A stretch of DNA of 64,000 nucleotides from Podarcis pityusensis (lineage: Eukaryota). The notes under the pieces were generated by a model. The model was not told the DNA's origin. It saw only the letters and a list, made by a program, of their open reading frames with translations, and made no database searches. The position numbers were made by a program, and so were the translations under genes. Below, piece after piece: positions 35,166 to 47,007 of the stretch (its first letter is position 1; every line of letters begins with the position of its first letter). The stretch lies in the NCBI GenBank assembly GCA_964106645.2, contig OZ067045.1. One strand, written 5' to 3'.

Positions 35166-36879
35166 TGAAATTGACAAATTCATCTGTTCCTAGAACACAA
35201 TGGTATATGATACGATACAGAAGTCACCAGTGGGGCAGAGTGGGGTGAGGAGGTGTTGCTCACACGGCTTCCCACTTTGGAGGTCACTGCTGGTAACTGA
35301 GAGGAAGAGGGGCAAGGTGGTGAGGAGGCTGGTGTTGTGTTGGCACGGCAGAGGAGCCAATCTGATTTTGGTATCATGTAGGTTGTCCTATAGACAATGA
35401 TATCTTGTGTCATGATAACATCCAAAACCAAATCAGAGTAAGGAACAGGCTTCCTGAAGTCTTATGAAGAGAAAAAAAAGTACATCTACTATTGGGGTGT
35501 GCGCGACACAGCTGCCATCAATGTCAGGATGGTTAAAAGGGGCAAAATGTGAGGAAATGTGTGGTTTTTTTGTTTTTTTGTTTTTTTTAAAAAAATATAT
35601 AAAAACCTCTATACAGACCTTCCCTCTCTCCTATCTTCTCCCCTTTAAGCCAAAAAGGTTCAGTTGAGAACCTTTGGTTCAATCTTTAAAATGATATATT
35701 ATATTACTTTTTCCTAGGTTTGCATTTATCTGGGAATTTATGTTTGTGGTAGGGTTGTTTTAATTCATCTTAAATTATTTTCTCCTGTGTTTTTCTCTCT
35801 CCCAGTTTTGGCAGCATTTGCAGGCTCTCAGTAAATATTCTTTCCTTTAACTGAGGTGTCTTGTCAGGTTGATTGATAACTCTTTCTCCATTTTTTCTAG
35901 ACAGGGTTTTAGTCACTTGCCTGCTGGCAAAAGCCACACCTAGTGTGGGATTAATCGATTATATGCTCCATGGTAGTGAGCAAGCTCTTAAGGTAGGGAA
36001 TGTTTCCAAAGAGTTACACTTGGAGAAGAATTAAGCTATCCTGTGATTGATTTCCATATTTGCTGCTAAGGGCTTGGCTCGAGAAGGTGGTCTGTGAATC
36101 ACATAGTTGTGTTTAGAAACTGAAAGTGTATGAGCAATGTCTACAGACTTGTCACAGCTCAAAGTGCCGAATCTCAGTAATAGACCTGCTCTCAAATAGA
36201 AGAAGAAAATGTTGGGGTAATGGGGCAATCCACCTTTATCCCTGCAAATTCCAACTGAAATTAAGGACTGGCATTGGGCTTTCTGTTCTAGCCATGAAAC
36301 TGCTGCTTGGTGTGTGTATAACCATGGGATGCAGAGAGGGGGCAGGGAGACATCATATCTGCTCCAGTGTAGAGACAGTGACATGGAAATGGGGCAACTA
36401 GTTACTACCAGACACATTTTAAAGAGCTTTACCTTCTCACTTATGGAAGGGTGAATTGCTGGGCGAAGGGATTCAAAAGAAAATGAAAGAAATAAGCCAA
36501 GAAAGAGACCTGGGACTCCCCGGGTGGTGCTTGCATGCACTTTAGATCTCATCGCTTGGCTGTGGCCCCTTCTCCTAGGGCAATAAAGGGATGGGGAATG
36601 GCCCCAGTGCTCCCATGAATATAATAATGCTCTGGCAGTGCTGTTATCACCATTCACTTTAGACCCAGTAGTAAGAGGAAGGGGGGTAGTCAAGCTACTG
36701 GAGACTCCAGGGGAATAAATATCCATGTACTCACACTAGTGCTCTTAAAGCCCTGAATAACTACCCCCAAATACCTGAATGAACCTATAGTGCTAAGGAC
36801 AGCATGGGGTGCCTGGGAAAGGGATGTGGAATTCCTTCCACACAGAGGTGCATCTGACACCTTCATTGTATGGCTTCCG

Positions 36880-37132
36880 TCATATCATCTAGTCCAACCA
36901 TCTGCAGTGCATGAATCACCACTAAGGATCCCTGACAGATGGCGATCCAACTTCCATTTAAAAATGTTGAACAAAGGAGAGTCCACTACCTTCTGAGGGA
37001 GTTCATGCCATTGTCAAACAGCTCTTACTGCCAGAAAGTTCTTCCTGATGTTTAGTCAGAATCTCCCAGAGCAGCAGAAAACAAGCTTGCTCTATCTTCC
37101 ATGTGAAAGCCCTGTAGGTATTTGAAGGTGGC
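36880..37132 (-). mobile_element. CR1 3' fragment
   Basis: catctagtccaacc...ggagagtccactacc...agaaagttcttcctgatgtttag; homologous to 34975-35165. Confidence 0.78.
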
Positions 37133-37144
37133 TATACTAATACT

Positions 37145-37474
37145 GGGACGCGGGTGGCGCTGTGGGCTTGCCGATCAGAAGGTCGGCGGTTCAAATCCCC
37201 ATGACGGGGTGAGCTCCCGTTGCTCGGTCCCTGTTCCTGCCAACCTAGCAGTTCGAAAGCACATCAGAGTGCAAGTAGATAAATAGGTACCACTCTGGCA
37301 GGAAGGTAAACAGCGTTTCCGTGCGCTGCTCTGGTTATCCAGAAGCGACTTAGTCATGCTGGCCACATGACCCGGAAGCTGTACGCCGGCTCCCTTGGCC
37401 AGTAAAGCGAGATGAGTACACCAACCCCAGAGTCGTCCACGACTGGACCTAATGGTCAGGGGCTCCTTTACCTT
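37145..37474 (+). mobile_element. Sauria SINE (Squam1), near full length
   Basis: Head GGGACGCGGGTGGCGCTGTGG, B-box GGTTCAAATCC, body GCAAGTAGATAAATAGGTACC, (ACCTTT)n tail; perfect 12-bp TSD tatactaatact (37133-37144, 37475-37486). Confidence 0.92.
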
Positions 37475-38484
37475 TATACTAATACTAATGCTGCTATGTT
37501 ACAGTAACAATCTGTAGGATGGGTAGATTCTGCTCCATTTCCCCTTGTATCCTTATAGAGTCTTGTCCCATAGGCTTTTGTTCCATGGGGATTATAAGGG
37601 TGACCTAAAGGGTGGGGAACAACTACTCTTTCAGCAAGATAGGTGGACAGGAAAGACAGACACAGCATACAGCTAAGTACTGCCTCCACAGGTGAAGCTA
37701 GGCAAGCACTGGATAAAAACTGAAATCTTGGTAAACATGAAGGGGTATTTTAGTATCTTGGGAGGAAAAAAAAAAGTCAGTTTGCATGAAGAGGCCCGCT
37801 AAGAAAGCAGAACCAGATGGAATTATTCATCACGCCTGTTGGTGGGGGTCACAAACAAGCTAAAGGCCAGAAATCATGAATATTTGGACATGTGTTATGG
37901 TTTTTTCCCCTCGTAATAAATGTGCCCCCAGGATGTCAGGGTGTTAAATTGGAAACACTGGTTCAGTGTTGCTCTGCTGTGCAGAAACCACGACTTGGGA
38001 AGGTCCCAACACTCTTTCACAGCTATTAATTCAAGAACCTAGAGAGAGTGCCAGCGAGCCTGCTGCCGCTCGCTGTAGAATCTGCTAGCTGCTCTGTAGA
38101 TAATAGTGTAAAGTTTGAATATGCAGGCAAGCTTCTCAGCAACAGGACTATAAGGTGTTTTCTTTTTAAAAAATAAAAAAAATACTCAAAATTACAATCC
38201 CTGCATTCCTAGACAACCACAAACCTCGGTTTCTAGCTCTCATGACTGTGTGGATAGGCAGGAGGACTTCCGTATATTTCTAAAATAGCTTCTTCTCATC
38301 TTTCCTTAAGTGCTTTGAACCTAGGTTACTGCAGCAAAATAAAGTATAGCTTTGCTTAATTGTAATTATTTACTCAGGCCACAGAATTTGGCTCTTTCAA
38401 TATGCTGCCAAATACTATAACTGGTAAAAGGCAGCGCCATTTGTCCGTATGCTTGTGGTCATGTTGGGAGTATTGCATGCAGCG

Positions 38485-38660
38485 GGCAGATCTACGGTAT
38501 ACATTTAAAGCACATGGCTTCACCCACAAAATCCTGGGAACTACAGTATCCCTGTCACAGGGCTACAATTCCCAGTCTGCTCAACAGTCCCCAGGATTCT
38601 TTGGGGGGAATCATGTGCTTTTAAGGCACATTGAATGTGCTTTAAATGTATCCTGTGGAT
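38485..38660. repeat. Palindromic MITE-like repeat; related copies 30-205 and 63780-63990
   Basis: catttaaagcacatggct...aatcctgggaactacag...ctacaattcccag...cccaggattctttgggg...tgctttaaatgta. Confidence 0.65.
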
Positions 38661-39914
38661 CTTCCCCTGTTTTGGGTAGTGGTAGGCAAGGACAACAATG
38701 CACATCTCCCTCCAAACGGTTGTGTCGTATGAGCATTACTGACACCTGAAGTTCTTTGCTTTTGCTGTGTTGGAACAAATGTGTTTATATGATACATTTT
38801 TATCCCAACTCTCCCCCAATAGAAAGTGTGTGTGTGTGTGTGTGTGTGTTCCCAATTGATTTCTCATCCAAATGTTGGCCAAGCTCAAGCTACAGACCAT
38901 CTGAGAATTAACTGCAAGGTAAAGCTACAAAAGAGTCTCAGCTGCTTCATGGACTTGTCAGCTGGGTCTGCCTGTGGGTGGGTAGATGTCTAGAGAGTTT
39001 GAAAAAATTCTGCATCATAGTATTAAACATCATTTCTGCACTGATTTCTAGGGCTTATTTTAGTTTTCTTTTCATTAGCATAACTCTTGTATAATGTGAA
39101 ACATTTTATTAGATTTCCATTGTAGAAAACCTAACACATATACTTCTCTCTCTCAACTCCTCACTCTTTCTCTTGGCCTGAAAGAAACCATAATTCTAAT
39201 GAAAGCAGCCATTTCCATACATATATGCATATATATATATATATATATGCTCACGTCTCAAAAGTTATGGCATATTTTGTCAAATGGATAATGCTGAGGA
39301 TTTAGTTTCAGCCCACAACAGTGTTTTAATCAAGGTTTTTAAAAGATCAAGAAATTATTTTGTTTTAGGGTTTTGATTTGGAAAATGAAACATAATACAG
39401 AGTAATAATGAAGGCCCAGCCCAATCAACCTCAATGAAGTCATCAGCCCAATGACTAATGATGCTCATGAATTCTCAGAGCTTGATTAAAGACACAAAGT
39501 GTTATTCTAATGACCTTACACAAGCTATTGGCAATTCAACGTTCTTGCCTTGGTGTATATTGTATGTGTTATTTCAGACAGTATATATGTAGGCATCTAC
39601 ATATAATTCTCATCAGATTAGGGTTGTCGCAGGAGATGGAAGAAGGTATTGGAATTAAAACTGCCTCACCATATGTGACAATTTATTGTTAGAATCATAG
39701 ACCTAATGATGAATCAAAAGGTCATTTTTCAACACCTTGACACAAGGTAGCACCTTCTACCAGTCTGCACAATCCAGATCAAAATATTCTCTAATAGTGA
39801 TTAGATGCCTACAGAAAAAAATACTATCTATTACACATGAACCCTGTAGGTGAAAACATACCATCTCCCCAACCTTATGCCTAGCCGTTCTGATACAGTG
39901 TGTCTGAATAATAG

Positions 39915-40096
39915 CCTTAGATCACTGGTAAAACAGAGCTTTGCATGCAGAAGATCTCAGGTTCAATCCGACATCTCCAGGTAAAGCTGGGAAAGAACCC
40001 TATTTGAAACCCTGGAGAGCTGTTGCTAGTCAGTGTAGACAGTACTGGCTAGATGGATCCATGGCTCTAGCTCAGTATAAGGCAGCTTCCTATGTA
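39915..40096 (+). mobile_element. tRNA-derived SINE (ttgcatgcagaagg family); other copies 30842-31180 -, 43150-43325 -, 51930-52045 +, 54715-54885 +
   Basis: B-box GGTTCAATCC; shared body gaaaccctggagagc...cagtgtagacagtactgrgctagatggacc...tataaggcagcttcctatg. Confidence 0.78.
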
Positions 40097-43000
40097 ACTT
40101 GTGACTGACTAAGCTGGCAACAAATCAGACATGTATGTCAACCCAGCAGGGTATTTTATTTTTGCAGATTTCTTGCGAACCCACAGTACAAGATTATGGT
40201 GCTGTATTCAGTTTGGTAGACAAAGATTGTGGCAGTCTGTGTCAGGGCTGAGCAACACTCGCCCACTGGGTGATGGTAGTGAATGTGGTGCCTTGCAGAT
40301 ATTGTTTGACTCCAAATTCCCACCAACCCAAGTCATGGCCAACAGTCAGGGGTGGCTGTACATGTAGTCCACTAGATCATCCCAAAGGAAGTATGACTGC
40401 TAAAACTTCAACCCACTCAGTTTGGAGCTTCTGTGTTACATGCATGAGAAACTCATTGGTTACAGCTTTTGAGTAGAGAAAACACTACCAGCAGAACTTC
40501 TAATATTGTGCTGGGAATGGTGTTTGAAAGATTGAGCTATTTTGAAGATGCTGTAGGTATGGCAGAGCCTTTACCACTTCCGCCTTACTCTTCACCCTTT
40601 TCTCTTGCCCATCCTGCTTTGGAAAACAAACTCCATTTGCATGTCAGTGCTGCATCATGTAGGTGCTTTCTAAGAGCAGAGAACATAGCAATACCTTGGA
40701 CTGCTGTTGCCCCGAGAGATAGACCAAGTTGGCTTCCTATACCGGACAAGACTGGAATCCTGATACCTTTGTTAGGATATTTCCGTTCCACCTTAAAAGG
40801 GAGCAGGCTTTGTGAGTCACAGAGTCTGCGTATTTCCTGTTCACAGGATGTTTCTGTTGTGTCTATGCTTTCGTTTCTCTCTCTGTGCCTGAGACACCGA
40901 AGCAGGCAGTCATGTTTTCTTTGTTCTGACCAACGCTGAATAAACTTGTAAATAATGCTCTCCTGAGTGCATCTTTCGCTGTGCATTATCTGCTGATAGA
41001 GTGTGCATGAGCTCTGGAATGTGGCAAGCAATTTCTGGAAGCTCGTGTCACTAATTGAATGATACTGCGTGTCTACGGGAGATCGATGGACGTCCAGAGG
41101 CGGCTTGGGGGCCATGATGGACTTTGTCTTCCTGGCAGTATCCCAACAACCTTATCCTGTGCTTAGCTGCCATTGCAGTTCAGAGCAGCATATGATTGGT
41201 CTGGAGAAGCATTTATCTTAAAACAAAACAAAATAAAACCTTCAAGGTTTAATTCTGTTTCTTTTTTAGGGGTCAGCCCCTTCTATGGGCACCTCTGGGA
41301 AGTTCAATGCAGTGACCAAAGGACTTGGAGAGAGATTTGATTTGTTTTACTTTACATCTGAATTGCAGGATTATATTACTCTACTGTGAGGAGAGGAGGG
41401 GGAAGTATATTCCGCACCTTTTCCATGGCAGGAAAGATCAAATCCTATGTAAATAGAGAGTGTTTTTCATATAATGAATGTTCCTTTTATTCTGCATTGC
41501 TGTATAGTATTCAAAATTGTGCTTTTATTAGAGGGGGCCCCTGGAAAGGAGCCAACAAGATTTTCTTTTAACTTGATATTTTGGGTTCTGATCTTTGTTA
41601 AATCGACAATGGCGTGTATCTCAAAAGAGTGAGAGGTCATGTCTGTCGCTACTACCATTTACTATAATTTCTGGGGAATGTTTGTTTTCCAAACAAAGAA
41701 TTGGGTTGAAGCTTAAGTATTGTATTTCAGAACGTATTTCAAGCAGAAATTAAGAATGCTAAAACCTTTCCCTTAAAGGTCAGATGTTATTTATTATTAT
41801 TATAAAAAAAATCTGTGATTTATGAATTTAACTTATCGTCAACCTGCTTTGTAACAGAATATGCAGTCAGAAGCTTAACATTACATTGTTTTCCTTTGAC
41901 AACGTATCCACGAGACCACTGCAGCTGTTCCTTTACTCACAATAGCAGATTAATTAACACAATCATATGCTGTTGGCTCCTACTCAATGAGTAGGTCTGC
42001 TGTGGGATAGATAGGTAAATCCTTTAAATGTGTATGAGATAAAGGGTATACTATAGTAGTTTTATAACTAGCCAGTTTTGCTTCTGACTAGTCAGCCCTA
42101 TCAGCAATGGTTCACTGACTACAGAAGCAGTGAGCTTACATTTCAAAGGCAACCACACCTATTCCAGAGCAATAATGCTGGCATCAGAATGTAAAAAAAG
42201 CACCGGGCCCTTCCAAAAATCAGCATATTCCATTAGAATAGCAGGCAAAATAACTGCCTCGAGCATTTGGAATTGGCAATGTGTGTTTTTCTTTTCTTTT
42301 AAAGTTCCTACGTTGATTTCCTTAAATATCTTATTTTGTACAATCCTTATTGGGTGGGTTTTGTTTTTTTAATGCCTCTTTCATTTGGAATACACTTTTG
42401 AGCAGTCAACATAGAATCTGTTTTTAAGTCCCTGAAGAATTTTTCATCCATTTCTGAGTCTGTCTCTCTCTGTGTGTCTATGTGTGTGTGTTTTAATGAA
42501 CATGTGAGTAGCTAAATCTCCTTTTCCGAAAACAGTCAGTGGCAGCATTGTAAGAATGTATTTGGCAACTTTTGCTGACATTTTAATGCCTGTTCAGAAA
42601 CCTTTGTTGTAGAATACATAAAGCCTGTTTAAATACTTGAAAAGACATACCTTTCCATTTGGAGAGCACAGTAACCCAAATGCAGTTGAACAAATTTCTT
42701 TTTTGGACGATGTCCATGAGAAATAAACAATTTTACTCATAGTTTGCGTGGTGCAGAGGAATGTAGCAAGCTATACTCCATTAAAGCAGGTTGGAGTCAC
42801 TCTCAGGGCTCCCCCTCCCACTCAGATGCTTAAAATCCTTTGTTTTTCTGTGTTAAAACTATCTGTATTTTGCACTTTGCATCTTCTGTGCTTTTCCTAG
42901 AGACAGGTGCACCGCTACTCTGCTCGATTCAGAATTTTTACAAGCTTTATTTTTGGCGTGCATTCAAAAATAAAAGCTCTTACTTTCCTTTCTTTTTTAA

Positions 43001-43433
43001 GTAGAGTTCTTGCCCATCTCATTATGTGTTCAACTGTCCCTCAAAATTCCATCATTTTTTCATTCAACCTGGACAAAATCAAAACTCAGAGTTGTGCAAA
43101 TGCCCTCAAGGCTCCAGGGAACACTGTAGGGAAGCTCCCAAGCCTTTGGAGCACAGGAAGTTGCCTTATATTCAGTTAGCCAGACCCTTGGTCCACCAGC
43201 TCAGTATTGTCTACACTGACTAGCAATGGGTCTCCAGAGTTTCAGGCCAGACCCACCTGTAGATAGCTTGAACCTGGCACCTTCTGCATGCAAAGCAGAT
43301 GCTCTACCACTGAGCTGTGGTCCTTGGAAACAACAGAGTTGTAGAATCATTAATGGCCATCATTAATGGCCTCCACAAGATGCAGTAACCCCAGCTCCAC
43401 ACACAAACAAGGAAAGTGTGTCATATTCTAAAC

Positions 43434-44030
43434 CAGTGGTTCCCACATTTTTTTCGGGCCACTATCCCCTTGATTCCATAAACTCATCTCCAGTGACCCC
43501 CTACACTACCCTATAAAAAGCATTATTTAGAATACAGTGGTACCTTGGGTTAAGAACTTAATTCGTTCTGGAGGTCCGTTCTCAACCTGAAACTGTCCTT
43601 AACCTGAGACACCGCTTTAGCTAATGGGGCCTCCTGCTGCCACTGCACCGCCGCCATGCAATTTCTGTTCTCATCCTGAAGCAAAGTTCTTAACCCAAGG
43701 TACTACTTCCGGGTTAGCGGAGTCTGTAACCTGAAGTGTCTGTAACCTGAAGCGTCTGTAACCCGAGGTACCACTGTAGTGGTTTTCACGACCTGCTAAG
43801 GAAGATAATAAAATCATGACAATTAATTGCACAATTATTCAAAATCCAGTTAAAACTAGTTTAATTAATTCAACAAAACTAATGAACTTGATCCAGTGAA
43901 ACCAGCTTTTCAAAATTTCTTCATCATTGACACCGCCAGCACCCCTTGCAGCCTCCTAGCCTCTTAGCATCCTTCCTAGGTGATCCCACCAACCCCCAGG
44001 ATGAGGTACCACCCACTTTGGGAACCACTG
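43434..44030 (+). mobile_element. Non-autonomous hAT (Charlie-like) element hosting the MITE
   Basis: TIR CAGTGGTTCCCA; 8-bp TSD ttctaaac/ctctaaac; homologous to 22405 and 25109. Confidence 0.85.
43535..43776 (-). mobile_element. Tc1/mariner MITE, family A, nested in a hAT element
   Basis: TIRs and TA TSD; reverse orientation relative to 18911; extra 16-bp tandem unit tctgtaacctgaagyg. Confidence 0.88.
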
Positions 44031-45634
44031 CTCTAAACCATAACCAACCTCTGAACCACAGTGTAATCCTGACTATAGAAAGCCAGCATAAACAATGTGT
44101 AAATTATGCCAGCAGAAGTGATTCCTTTTCTAAACTCAGTTCAGGAAGATATTGGAGGACTCTGGCTAAGTTCTTAGAGGTTGCCAGGTCATGTGATCAA
44201 GCTGGAAGAATTGGAATAGGTGTTCTTCCTGGTCTTGTTCTACCATGCCCCCTTTTGGGGGGAGGGGACTTAAACTGATGCAAATTACAATTACTTAAGT
44301 TCTGCCACCTGATCCCTTGACTGAGCCAGATGGTGTACATACATAATTTTATTTGTATGCTGCCTTTCCATATTTCTATATATCTTAATAACAACCCCAA
44401 CCCCACCAACCCCCCCCCCACAACTCCTAAACAACACCCTAGCTAAAGAGTCTATGCAGCAGCCTCAGCTTTTGTAACTGGAATCAGTCAATGCCCCCCC
44501 CCCAGTCAGGTGGGAAAGGGCCTGAAGGATATGGGAGCAGGTCTTCCAGGACTCACAGCTAAGATGGTCTCTGGCTTTTTCATCCAGAGTGACCTGCCAG
44601 AGAATCTCCAGCTCAGCCAGGGTGAGGGCCTTACACTGACGTAGCCCCAACTATGTCCTGACTCAGCCAGAAAAGCCCAAGATCCACCAAATACAAACTC
44701 TCTCATCCTGGTGGATCTTGTTTTGGATTGCACTGTTGGAGCATTTTTGAGAACTGTGCAGAAAAACTTTCACACTGAGATCTAATTTCTCTTGCGGACG
44801 ATTTATGTGGGATTGCTACAACAGCATTAACTGATCAGGATGCCAATGCCATATGGCTAGCTTTGTTTGTTTTTATTTATGCTGCCCAGTCTACAATCCA
44901 TGCATCTTTTAATTAACTGAAAGTCCAAGTTATCCAATACAAGGTCATGTCTTTTCAGTATCTTTTCATCTAAAGTAACTCACTGATCCTAATTCTTTCT
45001 TATCTTAGACCCTTTGTCTTCCATTAACATTTGGATAATGATGTGTGTGTAAATGACATTAAGGCTTCTGCCCTTCTCTCTCTCCTTCTCTTTCTCATGC
45101 TCACAAACACATACAGATTGCCAACTGTCCCTTATTCACTCTCTAGTTCTAAGACGTAGAAGCTGATGGTTGTTCTTTTTCTGTCTTGCCACTCAGTTCA
45201 TTTAAGTTTGCTATAATATGATCAGCACATTATGATTTGCAAAATGAACCATACAAAATGCTTTACAATAAATGACTCATTATTAAGCCCATTAGGGGTC
45301 TAGAAAGATCAATATCATGTTACTCCTTCTATACCCAATTGATGACTGTGCTCTGCAGGTGAGGGCTTTCTGCAGATGCCATCTTATCAAGGGGTCTATT
45401 CTGCACATTTATTTATTTACCATTATTTACATGTGTATCCCACCTTTCCTCCAAGGAGCTCAAGGTGACCTACATAGTTCTCCTCCTCTATCACAAAAAC
45501 TCTATGAGGTAAGTTAGGCTGAGAAGCAATGACTGGCCCAAGGTCCTTTAGTAAGCTTCATAGCTGAGTGAAGTTTTGAACCCTGGCCTTCCAGGTCCAA
45601 GCCTGACACTCTAATCACCATGCCATACCAGCTC

Positions 45635-45890
45635 TTACTGTTGTGGCACCTCCATTTGGAATTCCCTCCCTTTAAATATTAGACAGGCACCATCTCTGTT
45701 GTCCTTTCGACAACTACTAAGGACCTTACTTTTCCAACAAGCCTTTTAAGTAAAGCTCTTTCCTAATCTGCACCCACACTGGAATTGTTTTTAGGTGTTT
45801 TAATTGTTTTATTGCTTGTGCTCTTGCCTCCCTGCGTTCCTTTGCAGGAAAGGATAGGATATAAATTTAGGACATAAATAAATAAAAATA
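45635..45890 (+). mobile_element. L2 3' end
   Basis: tggaattccctccc...attagacaggcaccatctctg (WNSLP..IRQAPSL) and an (AAAT)n tail; homologous to 61115-61350. Confidence 0.75.
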
Positions 45891-46589
45891 CATGAGCAAT
45901 GAAGTGTGAAATACTCAATACCCTCAAGCCTAGTATACATCCTATGTATTGCTACTAGGTAGCCAAAGGCAAGGCAGAGAGTCTCACTCTCTGACTGCTG
46001 AAGAGGCAGGGTAAACAATACTTTGCACTTGTACCATATTACAGGGTGTTCAGTGGGGATGTTTTGGGGGGCGGGGTTGTTTGTTTTTTACATTAACGGC
46101 GAGCTTAATTTGGAACTGGCCCAGTATTCATGAACTATATTAATTAGAAAAGGAAAGGAAAAAAGTTCCTCTGTTTTCCCAGACTACCCTCCCAGCTTCT
46201 AAAATTGGTGCACAGCTGCTAATGGTGACATATGTATGAGCATTATTGCATTGACCTCACTGGGAACTGCAGTTGGTTTCCTCTGCCCCAGCACCCACTT
46301 GGCAGCACAAACCTGTGACACAGCAAAAAGCTAGCCCTTTTACTTAACGGAGAGTAGAGCCTGAGTGCTGAGTCACAGTCTATGTGAACTAGTTTATGTG
46401 GTCCTATTTCCTTCCTGAAAACAGGTGTGTGGGGGGGAACCCTATATGAGGCATTAGCCCTGTAGAGTGACACAGTCTCACACTCCCTCTGAGGAAAGGT
46501 TACAGCATTTAAGTGATTTCTTAAGTTTGAGAAAAGGTAGGCAAGAGGATGCAGATGATAGAAGTACATATAACATTGTGCATCGCTTG

Positions 46590-47007
46590 GAGAAAGTGGA
46601 TAGAGAAAAGTTTTTCTTGATAGAATTCAGGGACATCCAATGAAACTGTGTATTGGAAGATTCAGAACAGATAAAATAAACCACTTCTTCACACAGTATA
46701 TAGTTAAACTATGGAACCCCACTCCCGCAGGATGCAGTGACAGCCACCAACGTGGATGGCTTTGAAAGAGAATTGTGCAAATTCATGGAGGAGGATAAGG
46801 ATATCCATGGCTATTTGCCATGATAGCTTTGATCTGCCTCCACGGTTGGAGGCAGTAACGCTTCTGAATACCAACTGCTGGAACCCACAAGAAGGGAGAG
46901 AGCTCTGGTGCCCATAGCTAGTCTAGTTGGCTACTGTGAGAACAGAATGCTGGACTTAGATGGGCCACTGGTCTGATCCAGAAGACTCCTCTTGTGTTCT
47001 TATGTTA
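46590..47007 (+). mobile_element. CR1 3' end, second family (also 1472-1612 -, 12960-13150 +, 15690-15846 +, 22200-22370 -, 61620-61790 +)
   Basis: Shared terminus ttggcyactgtgagaacaggatgctggactagatgggcc...tgatccagcagg...cttatgttctta. Confidence 0.75.

Noticed and set aside
32906-36726. 195-aa (+, 32906-33493) and 231-aa (-, 36031-36726) ORFs
   Set aside because: No domain or coding-like composition recognised; probably chance frames over old repeats. 36300-36770 may be a decayed LTR but no termini or TSD were found.
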